64,000 bases of DNA, taken from contig JAJRXD010000018.1 of assembly GCA_024276465.1 (NCBI GenBank), forward strand, positions 18,997 to 82,996, read 5' to 3'. Source of the DNA: Deltaproteobacteria bacterium. GTDB taxonomy: Bacteria; Desulfobacterota; WTBG01; CAIYCZ01; CAIRTM01. The notes under the pieces were generated by a model that was given only the letters and a program-made list of their open reading frames with translations, was not told the DNA's origin and ran no database searches. This document shows, piece after piece, positions 30,677 through 40,890 of this stretch (position 1 is the stretch's first letter; the number at the start of each line of letters is the position of its first letter). The position numbers and the translations under genes are program-made.

Positions 30677-31141
30677 ATGAAAGTTAAAAGAATTACATCT
30701 GTCTTATTGACAATAACAGTTTTTTCATTTCTTTTTATCAGTGCAGCAATTAGTGAAGAAGGGAATATACATCCGGAAAAAAAGATTAAAGCCCATAAAA
30801 TCATCCGGCTTGATAAATTAGGTGTTATATTTCCTCCTGTGGCAACTGTTGAGCCAGGCACTACTGTCATCTGGGTAAATGATGCCAGGACAGCAGTAGA
30901 AATAAAGTTTGAGGGCAAACAGGTGACACTGGCATGCAAGAGCCCGGTTCATTTTATTGTTGATTCAGATGGTTCCTTCGTGTCTGACAAAATCCCTCAT
31001 GGAGCTGTTGCAAGCCTTTGCATGGTAGAGAGAGGTGAATTCAACTATGTAGCAAGGAAGGTGATACTCTGGGGAATCGATAACCTGAATTTATATCAGA
31101 GACCTGTCAGGGAATTCCGGGGGAAGATAATTGTAAAATAG
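30677..31141 (+). CDS. small secreted protein, paralog C
   Basis: Signal peptide. RBS AAAGAGGAGA. Core PGTTVIWVN...ACKSPVHF...GAVASLCM...GKIIVK. Confidence 0.65.
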   Translation: MKVKRITSVLLTITVFSFLFISAAISEEGNIHPEKKIKAHKIIRLDKLGVIFPPVATVEPGTTVIWVNDARTAVEIKFEGKQVTLACKSPVHFIVDSDGSFVSDKIPHGAVASLCMVERGEFNYVARKVILWGIDNLNLYQRPVREFRGKIIVK

Positions 31142-31275
31142 TTGTCCGGTTATCTGACAGGTGTCTGAAAATAATCCTTAAGAAACTTTATGCTTCTGGA
31201 ATTACTAAACGGGCCTGAGGATCTCCCTGAAACCAATCGATTCAGATCTTCCATGGTTATAATCCGGAGATTTCA

Positions 31276-32394
31276 ATGCTTTTTGATGATAAACCTTATT
31301 CCTTTGACAGGGTGTTTCGCATCTTTGCCGGCCTCGCAATTGCCGGAGGTGCCATATGGCTTATTAACTGCTTGTCTGATGTTCTTATCCCATTTGCAGT
31401 AGCTTTTTTGATGGCATATCTGCTCAATCCGCTGGTTTGCAGACTCCAGAACAAAATTCGCAATCGCAGCCTGGCTGTATTTTTAACCCTGGGTATGGTT
31501 ATAATCATTATCAGCGGTGCAGGATGGCTGATTATTCCCGTGATCAGACAGGAGATATCCCATACGTCCTATCTGCTCCAGCGTGTTGCACAGGATACTG
31601 ATTTCAGCCATCGGGCAAGTCAATACCTTCCTTCCTGGTTATGGAACTATGTTCTTGAGTTTGCAAAAGGGGATAAGAGCCGGCACATTCAGGCATTGTT
31701 CGGACAGAGCGACATTTTTGCTCTGCTGCAGGCTGTGGGAAAAAATGTGATGCCGGGTGTCTGGAAGGTTATTCACGGAGCGGCAAGTTTTTTCGTAGGT
31801 CTTGCAGGCATTCTTATTGTTATGATTTATCTTGTTTTCATGCTTCTGGACTATCAGCGGCTGAAGGATGAATGGAAGGACCTGATCCCACCAGGATGGC
31901 GCGGGGTTATACTGGAGTTTATCAGGGATTCTAATGATGGGATGAACCGATACTTCCGCGCCCAGGCTTTGATAGCTTTTATTGTGGGCCTGCTGTTTGC
32001 AGCAGGTTTTGAGTTGATCGGGTTGCCGCTGGGAATACTTTTAGGACTGTTTATCGGCCTTTTGAACATGGTTCCGTATTTACAGATAATTGGTCTGATT
32101 CCAGCGGGACTGCTGGCAATGATAGGGGCTATTGAAACAGGCGGGAGCCTGTGGGCTGGCATGGGGCTTACAATGCTGGTTTTTGCCGTAGTCCAGATTG
32201 TTCAGGATGCTTTTTTGACTCCCAGAATTATGGGCAAAGCCATGGGTCTTTCGCCTGCCATGATTCTTTTGTCCATCTCGGTGTGGGGAAAGCTCATGGG
32301 GCTGCTTGGGCTTATTATTGCCCTGCCGATGACATGCCTCCTGATTGCCTATTATCGGCGCATGGTGGCATCTGCAGATCAGAATAAACAGTGA
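31276..32394 (+). CDS. AI-2E family transporter (PerM/YhhT-like)
   Basis: Eight-TM profile. N-terminal block LIPFAVAFLMAYLLNPLV is typical of the family. Confidence 0.7.
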   Translation: MLFDDKPYSFDRVFRIFAGLAIAGGAIWLINCLSDVLIPFAVAFLMAYLLNPLVCRLQNKIRNRSLAVFLTLGMVIIIISGAGWLIIPVIRQEISHTSYLLQRVAQDTDFSHRASQYLPSWLWNYVLEFAKGDKSRHIQALFGQSDIFALLQAVGKNVMPGVWKVIHGAASFFVGLAGILIVMIYLVFMLLDYQRLKDEWKDLIPPGWRGVILEFIRDSNDGMNRYFRAQALIAFIVGLLFAAGFELIGLPLGILLGLFIGLLNMVPYLQIIGLIPAGLLAMIGAIETGGSLWAGMGLTMLVFAVVQIVQDAFLTPRIMGKAMGLSPAMILLSISVWGKLMGLLGLIIALPMTCLLIAYYRRMVASADQNKQ

Positions 32395-32638
32395 GTTGCC
32401 GCGCGCGCAACACACTGTTTATTCAATTAGTGGCCCTGACGGGGCAGGTGGATACCCCTTGTCTTTTCAAGCTGTGTCGCAATTATGAGTTTTATGGTAG
32501 CTGTCCCGCTTATGGGGCGCAGCATATTGAAATTGCATTTGCCCAAAGGCGCAAACTAAAGTTTGCGGCTACCATAAGCCTATTGTGACACAGTTTCCAT
32601 AGACGAGGGTAGTTTGCTTTTTCATGGCCACCCCTTAG

Positions 32639-34132
32639 CTACTCAACAGTAAAAGAAACCCCGCTGCAGTTGTCGACGCTGACATTATAGGTTCCCTTTG
32701 CAGTTCCCCATATCATTACAAGGGCCTGTACTGTCTGGCTGTCTATGGTGTTTGAGTAAAGAACTGTAATGCCGTCTGCTTCAAAATCAATTACACTGTC
32801 AGGGCTGAAGCCTGACGACTCATTTCCCGTGATTGTTACCATAATAAATCTGGGCAGGATGCCAAGGCCGGTTTTGGCACTGGCCGGAGCGATGCTGCTG
32901 AGATTGCACCCCTGTTCTTCCCTGATTTGAAGTTTATTCTCATACCATATCATCTGATCTTCCTGCAGACCGGCAAGTACTACATCCAGGTCCCCGTCTC
33001 CGTCAAGGTCATCCAGTGAAACATCACCGGGATCTCCGTACTGCCCGGTAACATCAGTGTCATTGTCAACAAAATCATCGAGAAGATGCTCTGTCCAGGA
33101 CTGCTGGTCCATGTCATATTCAAACCATGAAATTTTATCAATGAAGGCCCCGGAAATCACAGCATCATCTCTTCCGTCTCCGTTAATGTCCCCGGTGTAT
33201 ATATCCGTGCCATTGTAATCTTCACTTACAAAATTTTTTGTCCAGCTCCCGCCATCCTGCGAAGGGGCTTCATACCAGTAGATACCAGGGGTGTTGAGGG
33301 TTGAAACCAGCACATCTTTCCTGGAGTCCCCGTTTACATCCAGGCAGTTAACATCAAATGCCAAATCCAGATCCCCGTCGATCACAGTCCTGTCGAACAT
33401 AATTTCCTCACCATTGAAATCCACATCAATCCAGGAGACGTTTCCGCGCAGTTTTGAATTGATTATATCTGTTTTACCGTCTCCATTAAGATCGTCCAGG
33501 TAGATAGCGCTTCCTGTTCCCTCAGGCAGAGGCAGCCTTTCCCAGACAGACCCGTCCTGTGCAGGATCTTCAGGGTTGACAAATATAATGCTTCCCTCAC
33601 TTCCTCCTGCTACGATATCTTCCCTTCCGTCCTTGTTTACGTCCAGAGTATACATCTTAAAATAGGCATTATCGTTATCTGAACTTACCAGAAAACGCTG
33701 CCACTCACCTTCAGGTTCTGCAGGTGCCTTAAACCAGTACACCTTTCCTCCTAATGAGCCAACGCTGCCAGTGCCTGCAACCACATCATTGTAGCCGTCA
33801 TTGTCTATGTCTGATACTGCGACACCATTTATATTGGCGATAGGGTCATCTTCAAGAGCACTTGAACTGATAATAAACTGTTCCCATTGAGAACCCTGGT
33901 TGAGGTTGTTTCTAAACCACGCTACTTCAGAATTGAACGGCCCGGGATGTTCGTTAGTTGTTGAGACAACATCAAGATCTCCATCCCCGTCCATGTCTTT
34001 TACATACAGGTAAATCGGACTGGTCTGCTCAGCAATAACATGTTTTTCCCAGCCTTCTGCAACAGAAGCAGAGGCATCATTCGGGACAAAGCAGTAAACA
34101 GCACAAAGCAGTAATAAAAATTTTTTAATCAT
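32639..34132 (-). CDS. FG-GAP repeat (integrin-alpha-like beta-propeller) secreted protein
   Basis: Signal peptide. Repeated D.DGDG.D..V Ca-binding FG-GAP motifs. The ORF extends to 34189; the start at 34132 (MIKKFLLLL) is likelier. Confidence 0.7.
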   Translation of the reverse strand: MIKKFLLLLCAVYCFVPNDASASVAEGWEKHVIAEQTSPIYLYVKDMDGDGDLDVVSTTNEHPGPFNSEVAWFRNNLNQGSQWEQFIISSSALEDDPIANINGVAVSDIDNDGYNDVVAGTGSVGSLGGKVYWFKAPAEPEGEWQRFLVSSDNDNAYFKMYTLDVNKDGREDIVAGGSEGSIIFVNPEDPAQDGSVWERLPLPEGTGSAIYLDDLNGDGKTDIINSKLRGNVSWIDVDFNGEEIMFDRTVIDGDLDLAFDVNCLDVNGDSRKDVLVSTLNTPGIYWYEAPSQDGGSWTKNFVSEDYNGTDIYTGDINGDGRDDAVISGAFIDKISWFEYDMDQQSWTEHLLDDFVDNDTDVTGQYGDPGDVSLDDLDGDGDLDVVLAGLQEDQMIWYENKLQIREEQGCNLSSIAPASAKTGLGILPRFIMVTITGNESSGFSPDSVIDFEADGITVLYSNTIDSQTVQALVMIWGTAKGTYNVSVDNCSGVSFTVE

Positions 34133-34435
34133 TGTTTTCTCCTTTTTGGTTATACAATTCTTCCTTTGTTGGGTTGTGTCTGCACACAATACAAAAAACC
34201 GCTGCTTTTTACAAGATATTTCATCTTCTTTTCAGAAGAGCAGGGCAGGGGCTGTGCCCTGGCTTTTTTTCAGCTGAATATCCCATTGTTTTTTTCTGCA
34301 GCCTCAATTTACTCCATGTTTTCAGCCACATACACTATTTAGTTGATTTTATCCTGATTTGCCTGTATGTATAGTAAAATCTTATCGCTTCCTGTTCAGC
34401 ATTTTTGATACCACACAACACAAGGAGAAAAAAGA

Positions 34436-34798
34436 ATGGCTGCAATTGAACGCAGAACTAATAAACGCATCCCGGCCAAATTTAAAATCAACTATATACA
34501 TGACAAGGATTATCTTATCTCTTACAGCAGGGACATTTCCGTGGATGGCATGTTTGTCTACACGGAAAATCCGCCTTCAGTAGGTGAACTGACCAAACTG
34601 ACTTTTTCCATTGCTGATCTCGACCAGGTAGAGGTAACCTCAAAAGTTATGTGGGTTAACACTGCAGGTTTAAAAAAAGATGCGGGAATGGGTGTGCAGT
34701 TTGTCAATCCCCCTGCTGCTTTAAAAAAAGCCATACTTGAGATTGTCAATCGTGTTGCGGTGCTTCAGGGGGTTGATCTGGGCAACTCTGCAGAATAA
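34436..34798 (+). CDS. PilZ domain protein
   Basis: RxxxR (RRTNKR) and DxSxxG (DISVDG) motifs. 120 aa. Confidence 0.7.
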   Translation: MAAIERRTNKRIPAKFKINYIHDKDYLISYSRDISVDGMFVYTENPPSVGELTKLTFSIADLDQVEVTSKVMWVNTAGLKKDAGMGVQFVNPPAALKKAILEIVNRVAVLQGVDLGNSAE

Positions 34799-34820
34799 AT
34801 GCTGCATCGATTCAGGCGTC

Positions 34821-35351
34821 TTATCCAAGATGCCTGGAAATCTTTTTAAACAGCCTGTTAAGCGGTTCAAGCAGTTTGTTAAGCGGTTCAAGAAGAAGAT
34901 CTCTTTTCAGTTCCTTTTTCAAATCATCGTTGGCTGTCAGGTAGGCAAGAGCGCAGAGATTTGCCCCGGTATATGACATAACCCATCCGTTAATACTAAC
35001 TACTCTATTATTGCCAAAATCTGAACGAACCTGGGATTTCAGTCTCTTTTGAAACTCTTTAAAATTATCTGTGGCCAGGCGGGAGTATCTGTTTTTATTT
35101 TCAGAACAAATTATATCAGCTAATTCATCAACACTGACTTTCGATGATGTCTGGTTTATATATTTTTCACCAATGGAGGCGGCGCTTTTTTTGCAGGTAA
35201 AAAATTTTGACAGACTTTCAGTTAAGTGATCCGGTTTTTGTTCAGCGCAGCAGGCTTTGAAAAGATTTGCGGGCGAAATTGTCAGAGATGCCAGGAAGCT
35301 TAAAGTTATTTTGAGAAATTTTCTTTTACTGATCTGCATGGACAAACTCAT
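34821..35351 (-). CDS. Tat-signal small subunit (gluconate 2-dehydrogenase subunit 3-like)
   Basis: Degenerate twin-arginine-like SKRKFLK followed by an h-region. ATGA-coupled to the upstream GMC oxidoreductase. Confidence 0.45.
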   Translation of the reverse strand: MSLSMQISKRKFLKITLSFLASLTISPANLFKACCAEQKPDHLTESLSKFFTCKKSAASIGEKYINQTSSKVSVDELADIICSENKNRYSRLATDNFKEFQKRLKSQVRSDFGNNRVVSINGWVMSYTGANLCALAYLTANDDLKKELKRDLLLEPLNKLLEPLNRLFKKISRHLG

Positions 35352-36853
35352 ACAAAAATATTTTTAATATGATCGCTCAACCTGATTGAAAGAGCTAAAA
35401 TAGTTAACACCGGATTTGCATAACCGCCGGTTGGAAAAACTGAAGGACCTGCTATGTACAGGTTTGAAAGGCCATGCACCATGCAGTCTGGATCAACCAC
35501 GCCCTGTTTCGGGTCCGCGTGCATGCGGGTCACCCCTATATGATGGCCGCCCCCCCAGTGGCGCGGCCAATGCTCTTTGTCTTCAAGGCTGTTCAGCATG
35601 CGCCCCAAACCCAGTCTCCCAAACTCCTGAGCGATGATTTCATTGCCGCGCTTCAGCAGGTGATAGTCTTCCGGAACGAATTGCCAGTTTAGCTTTGCCA
35701 TGTTCAAACCAAGACTGTCCTTTTCAGGATCTAAAGTTAATCGGCTTTCGGGACTGGGTAACTGCTGACTTCTGTTTATTAAACTGAAGCACTGAACCTG
35801 GTCCGGTTTTCCTCTTCCCCCAGGTTGATCATTGTGGCTGCCATTGCCATCGATTTCAAAAATAACATTGCTCAGGTGCTCAAGGTGCGTGCTGTCTGGA
35901 AGATAAGATAATTTGACACTGAAATTCAGAATTTTTTCCCTGCGCTGCATTTCATCTGAAAGAGACAGCAGGCCTTTTATTTTTGAATGATTGTGCCTGT
36001 TGTATTTTGAATAAAATGCAAGGGAAGTTTGGGGGTTCGACAGGAGAACCTGTCCAGTATGAACATGGGGATGGGCCATGAAAAATCTGCCAACCAGATC
36101 ATTTTGATTTCCCAGCCCGGCCACCTGCTTTTTGTTTGACAGCAGCAGCAGGCGGGCGTTCTCCAGGGCGCCTGCTGCAAGAATAAAAATCTTTGCAAAA
36201 ACCTGAAATGTATTGCCCTCCAGACATTTTACATCAACATGGTGTATGCTGCGGACAGCATCGCCCGGCTCGACATTGGTAACATTTGCATTAAGGCAGG
36301 TGTTTATGTTTGCTGCTTTGTCAATTTCATTACGAAAAGCCTTGCCAAAGCGCAGTATTGGCCTGGAAAACTGAAAGTTAGTGGTGATCAGTTGCGGGGT
36401 TGATAAATAGGCGCTTTCTGCTATTCTTTGAATTTCAGACGGCTTAACCTGATAATTGAAAGGCCCAATCCCAAGCAACGAATGAGCCCGCTTATAGAAA
36501 GGCATGAGGTGTTGTTTGCGGAAGGGCCAACCGCTGTAAGGGATCCCGTCGCGCTGTTCAAAATCAATTTCGTCTAACGGGCGACACCAGCCGTTCCACA
36601 GTGCTGTAGTTCCACCAAAAATACGAGCTCTATTATGCAGCGGGTTAGAGCCCCTGCCTGAATACTTTCCTCTGTTCAGGGCTCTTGTTTTACTGTCAGG
36701 CGGATTCAGCCCGCCACTTTCCAACAGAACAACCTTCACTGACGTGTTGGCAAACTCTCTGGCTATGGTAATACCAGCTGCTCCGGCACCAACGATGCAT
36801 ATATCGGTTGTTATTTTTTTTTTGTCGGCTATTGAACGTGCGTCTGTAAACAT
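35348..36853 (-). CDS. GMC-family FAD-dependent oxidoreductase
   Basis: N-terminal FAD-binding Rossmann DICIVGAGAAGITIA. GMC C-terminal His/Asn region. Confidence 0.75.
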   Translation of the reverse strand: MFTDARSIADKKKITTDICIVGAGAAGITIAREFANTSVKVVLLESGGLNPPDSKTRALNRGKYSGRGSNPLHNRARIFGGTTALWNGWCRPLDEIDFEQRDGIPYSGWPFRKQHLMPFYKRAHSLLGIGPFNYQVKPSEIQRIAESAYLSTPQLITTNFQFSRPILRFGKAFRNEIDKAANINTCLNANVTNVEPGDAVRSIHHVDVKCLEGNTFQVFAKIFILAAGALENARLLLLSNKKQVAGLGNQNDLVGRFFMAHPHVHTGQVLLSNPQTSLAFYSKYNRHNHSKIKGLLSLSDEMQRREKILNFSVKLSYLPDSTHLEHLSNVIFEIDGNGSHNDQPGGRGKPDQVQCFSLINRSQQLPSPESRLTLDPEKDSLGLNMAKLNWQFVPEDYHLLKRGNEIIAQEFGRLGLGRMLNSLEDKEHWPRHWGGGHHIGVTRMHADPKQGVVDPDCMVHGLSNLYIAGPSVFPTGGYANPVLTILALSIRLSDHIKNIFV

Positions 36854-36983
36854 ATGGTTTGTTCGTATGGCTAACTCTATAATAAGACATTACATTTTGG
36901 CAGGTCAACCATAGGTCAATTGTGCCAGGGTGTCAATTAATATTTGTTTTCAGTACGGGCCAAAACAGTCAAAGCGCAAAACC

Positions 36984-37508
36984 CTACTTTTTACCGCAGA
37001 TGCAGTCATCACAAATGCCCTCATTGTCCCCCCCTTTTTTCTCAAGATGCGCCCGGTTTAATTCAATGACCAGCATGGCATTATCCGGTGTTATCCCGGC
37101 TTCAGCACAGGAAAGGCCTACCTGAGCGTTATCCTTGTACCTGTGAATTTTATCTTCATTGGAAACCCCTGTTTTTTTAAGTTCAAGTTCAAAAAAAAGA
37201 TGATGAATGTCTTTTAAAATATCTGGTGAAAAGCTTTCTCCATATTCTGTGACAAGTTTTTCTAAAAGGGCATTGATTTTTGCCTCTGTGTCTACTTCAA
37301 TTTTTTCCATATCAGCTTCTGAAAGCCCAACCCCCATTGCAGCTATCTCATTTTGCCTTGACTCTATCCAGGTGTCACATTCATCCCAGAACAGGTTTAA
37401 ACTATCCTCAAAGCAGAGTTTGTCCATTACAATCTCCTGAGAAGCCCGGTCAATCAGCTTCGGGTTTTTAAAAATTATGGCACAGTAGAAATGCCTGTGC
37501 AAACACAC
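36984..37508 (-). CDS. hypothetical protein
   Basis: No motif recognised. C-terminus carries CDDCICGKK. The start is probably the internal MDKLCFED. Confidence 0.3.
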   Translation of the reverse strand: MCLHRHFYCAIIFKNPKLIDRASQEIVMDKLCFEDSLNLFWDECDTWIESRQNEIAAMGVGLSEADMEKIEVDTEAKINALLEKLVTEYGESFSPDILKDIHHLFFELELKKTGVSNEDKIHRYKDNAQVGLSCAEAGITPDNAMLVIELNRAHLEKKGGDNEGICDDCICGKK

Positions 37509-37810
37509 ATCCCCGGTACTGAAAAAAATGAACCCTGACCCGGTGTCAAATCACCTGTCTCAGAATCAGCGGTTTTTTAAAAGAACATGTTTTGCCTCAG
37601 AAGGTTCCGGATTTTGTGCGGGTGCTGTGCTGAGAAAAAATATATATTTTCAGAGGCAGTTATGTCAATAAAAAACCCGGATTTTTGCTGCTCTGTACGG
37701 TTCCTGCTGCAGAATCAGCGGCTAAAAGATTTCTTGCATGCAGCCTTTGCCAGGGCTATACTGTTATAACCTTGATAATAGCAGCTTAAATTAAGATAAG
37801 AGATTTTAAC

Positions 37811-40237
37811 ATGAACCACTTTATCTGCATTCATGGCCATTTTTATCAGCCGCCCAGGGAGAATCCATGGTTAGGGGAGGTTGAGCAGCAGGATTCAGCA
37901 TATCCCTATCATGACTGGAATGAAAAAATAACCGCAGAGTGCTATGCCCCTAACACATCTTCGCGCATTCTTGACAGCGAAGGCAGGATTGTTGATATTG
38001 TCAATAATTATTCCAGAATAAGTTTTAATTTCGGACCTACTCTGCTCTCCTGGATGGAATGCCATAAGCCTGATGTTTATCGATCTATTATTGAGGCGGA
38101 CAAAGAAAGCCGGAAGAGATTTTCAGGTCATGGATCGGCCCTTGCTCAGGTTTACAACCATATGATTATGCCCCTGGCCAGCAGCAGGGATAAACGAACA
38201 CAGACTTTATGGGGCATCAGGGACTTTGAGCATCGATTCAGAAGAAAACCAGAGGGAATGTGGCTTGCTGAAACTGCAGTTGACATGGAGACATTAGACA
38301 TAATGTCTGAGATGGAAATCAAGTTTACTATTCTTGCTCAGCACCAGGCATGCCGTGTTAGAAAAATCGGCAATAATGACTGGCAGGACGTAACCGGTCA
38401 AAAAATTGACCCTAAGCAGCCATACTTATGCAAACTTCCTTCCGGAAGAAATATTATTCTGTTTTTTTATGACGGCCAGATATCAGTAGATGTTTCTTTT
38501 TCAACCATTTTAAATAATGGCGAAGGTTTTGCCGAAAGATTATTAAGGACTTTTTCTGACAATCCCTGTCCACAGATCGTCAATGTGGGAACAGATGGGG
38601 AAACATACGGCCATCATCACAAATATGGCGAAATGGCCTTAACTTATGCTCTTAACCATATAGAATCAAACAATCTTGCAGAAATTACCATTTATGGTGA
38701 ATACCTGGAAAGGTTTCCACCGGAGTGTGAAGTTGAAATTATTCAGAACTCATCCTGGAGCTGCTCCCATGGTGTTGAGAGATGGAGAAATGACTGCGGG
38801 TGCTGTATTGATGAAAAAAGCGGGTGGAACCAGAAGTGGAGGTCTTCGTTGCGCAGGGCAATGGACTGGCTGCGTGACAAACTCATACCCGTTTATGAAA
38901 AAGAAATGTCAGCTTTCGTACATGATTCATGGAAAACAAGGGACCACTACATAGAGGTTATCAATGACAGAAGCGTTGAAAACGTTGAGGCCTTTATCTT
39001 GCAGCATGCTGTGCGCAGTCTTGCGGAAAAGGAAAAGATTAAAGTTCTTAAACTGCTTGAGATGCAGCGCCATGCAATGCTTATGTATACCAGCTGCGGG
39101 TGGTTTTTTGATGAAATATCCGGAATTGAGGCCATACAGGTAATGTCCTATGCTGCCAGCGCTGTTCAGAAAGCAAAAGAGTTAAGCAGTGTGGATTTTG
39201 AACCTGAATATAAAAACATCCTTAAAAAAGCACTAAGCAATAAACCTGAGCTGAAAAACGGAGCTGCTGTTTATGAAAAATTTGTCAAACCAGCAGTGTC
39301 TGACCTTCTCAGGGTCGGAGCTCATTTTGCTGTTTCCTCTCTGTTTGAAGAATATTCTCAGACCGTAACTTTTTTTTGTTACACTGCATACAGTGAAATG
39401 TATGAAATTAAGGAAGCAGGCAATCAGAGACTTGCCATAGGGAAAACAAGAATAAAATCTCATATTACCTGGGAAGAGAGGGAGCTTGCCTTTGCAATCC
39501 TTCATTTAGGGGACCATAATATCATTGGGGGTATCCTGTATTTTTTCGGTAATAAAAAATTTTCAACCATGAAGGAAGAGATAGAAAATTCTTTTATGGC
39601 AAGTGATATCCCGGAAGTAATTCATCTGATTGAAAAATACTTTGGTAATAACAACTACTCTCTCTGGCATATTTTCAGAGATGAACAGAGAAAAATATTG
39701 AATCATATTATTAACTCAACATTAAATGAAAGAGAATTATCTTTTCAGCAGGCGTACAAACAGTATTATCCTATTATGCAGGTGATGAAAGACTTGTCAA
39801 TTCCACTGCCCAGGGCTTTTTACATCACTGCTGAATTTGCAATTAACAAGAACCTGAGAAATGTCATGGAAGATGACCATCTGGACCTGAATGCTCTTAA
39901 AACCCTGGTTGATGAAGCAAAAAGATGGCTGATTGATGTTGACAGAACAACATTGAACTTTGTTGCTACGAACAAAATAAATAAACTTATGGAAAAGCTG
40001 TTAGACAGGCCTGATGACTTCCGGCAGCTGGAAAGCATAACAAAGCTGCTTGAGATGTGTCAGGGTCTGTCTCTGGAGCTGAACCTCTGGCAGGCACAGA
40101 ATATCTATTTTGCAATCGGGAGGAATATTTATTCGGAAATGCAGAACATGGCAAACAGCGGGAAGAAACAGACAAAGAGATGGATAAAATATTTCAACAT
40201 TTTGGGACAATATTTCCAGATAAGAAGGCCTCAATAA
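37811..40237 (+). CDS. glycoside hydrolase family 57 protein with C-terminal DUF3536-like extension
   Basis: N-terminal HGHFYQPPRENPW is the GH57 signature. Length is 808 aa. Confidence 0.75.
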   Translation: MNHFICIHGHFYQPPRENPWLGEVEQQDSAYPYHDWNEKITAECYAPNTSSRILDSEGRIVDIVNNYSRISFNFGPTLLSWMECHKPDVYRSIIEADKESRKRFSGHGSALAQVYNHMIMPLASSRDKRTQTLWGIRDFEHRFRRKPEGMWLAETAVDMETLDIMSEMEIKFTILAQHQACRVRKIGNNDWQDVTGQKIDPKQPYLCKLPSGRNIILFFYDGQISVDVSFSTILNNGEGFAERLLRTFSDNPCPQIVNVGTDGETYGHHHKYGEMALTYALNHIESNNLAEITIYGEYLERFPPECEVEIIQNSSWSCSHGVERWRNDCGCCIDEKSGWNQKWRSSLRRAMDWLRDKLIPVYEKEMSAFVHDSWKTRDHYIEVINDRSVENVEAFILQHAVRSLAEKEKIKVLKLLEMQRHAMLMYTSCGWFFDEISGIEAIQVMSYAASAVQKAKELSSVDFEPEYKNILKKALSNKPELKNGAAVYEKFVKPAVSDLLRVGAHFAVSSLFEEYSQTVTFFCYTAYSEMYEIKEAGNQRLAIGKTRIKSHITWEERELAFAILHLGDHNIIGGILYFFGNKKFSTMKEEIENSFMASDIPEVIHLIEKYFGNNNYSLWHIFRDEQRKILNHIINSTLNERELSFQQAYKQYYPIMQVMKDLSIPLPRAFYITAEFAINKNLRNVMEDDHLDLNALKTLVDEAKRWLIDVDRTTLNFVATNKINKLMEKLLDRPDDFRQLESITKLLEMCQGLSLELNLWQAQNIYFAIGRNIYSEMQNMANSGKKQTKRWIKYFNILGQYFQIRRPQ

Positions 40238-40384
40238 AGCAAGTGCCGTAAAGCAAAAATTTATTGACAATTATTATATTATTATTTATACTTACATGCT
40301 TTCTAAAACATGACTGCTTCGCAAAATGTCCGCTAAAATGCTAATCTGATCTTTAGAACAAAAAACGGAGGCAAGAGACTGATA

Positions 40385-40615
40385 ATGGCAAGAGTAACAG
40401 TTGAGGATTGTTTAAAACAGGTAAACAACAGGTTTGTTCTTGTACGGATGGCTAATTTAAGAACAAGGCAGCTTCTGAAGGGGGTAAAACCTCTTGTTGA
40501 TGCACCTGAGAATAGAGAAATTGTTAAGGCATTAAGGGAAATTGCAGGGGGAAAAGTTTTTCTGGATGAAAAGACGAAGGAATCCCTGAAGGGCGGAGGT
40601 TATTTAGAAGAATAA
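40385..40615 (+). CDS. rpoZ: DNA-directed RNA polymerase subunit omega
   Basis: Begins [30 protein letters not shown], the canonical omega N-terminus. Confidence 0.85.
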   Translation: MARVTVEDCLKQVNNRFVLVRMANLRTRQLLKGVKPLVDAPENREIVKALREIAGGKVFLDEKTKESLKGGGYLEE

Positions 40616-40647
40616 CAGTTGTTTACTGTCTGAAAAAGTAATAAAAA

Positions 40648-40680
40648 GCAGGGATATAAAGTACCCTGCTTTTTTATTTT
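40648..40680 (+). terminator. rho-independent terminator after rpoZ
   Basis: GCAGGG-ATATAAAGTA-CCCTGC hairpin followed by TTTTTTATTTT. Confidence 0.7.
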
Positions 40681-40890
40681 ATTCTAACAAATTACAGTTA
40701 ATTTGTTAGAATAATTTTATATTGCATTATTCTTGACACAGTATGTTTTCTCACTTATAACGTATTTTACAGTGTCTGTAAGAAAACAGGAAGTCATAAT
40801 TTCCACAACCGTACAAGGATATCAGGATTTTTTCAGGACATTGGTTTTTATTCAGATACTGGTGATCTGTTAATTCAAGAAGGAGTTCAA

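Noticed and set aside
32395-32638. 65-aa ORF and GTTGCCGCGCGCGCAAC palindrome between the convergent AI-2E and FG-GAP genes
   Set aside because: This is a convergent 3' region. The palindrome probably serves as a bidirectional terminator-like hairpin. No coding support.
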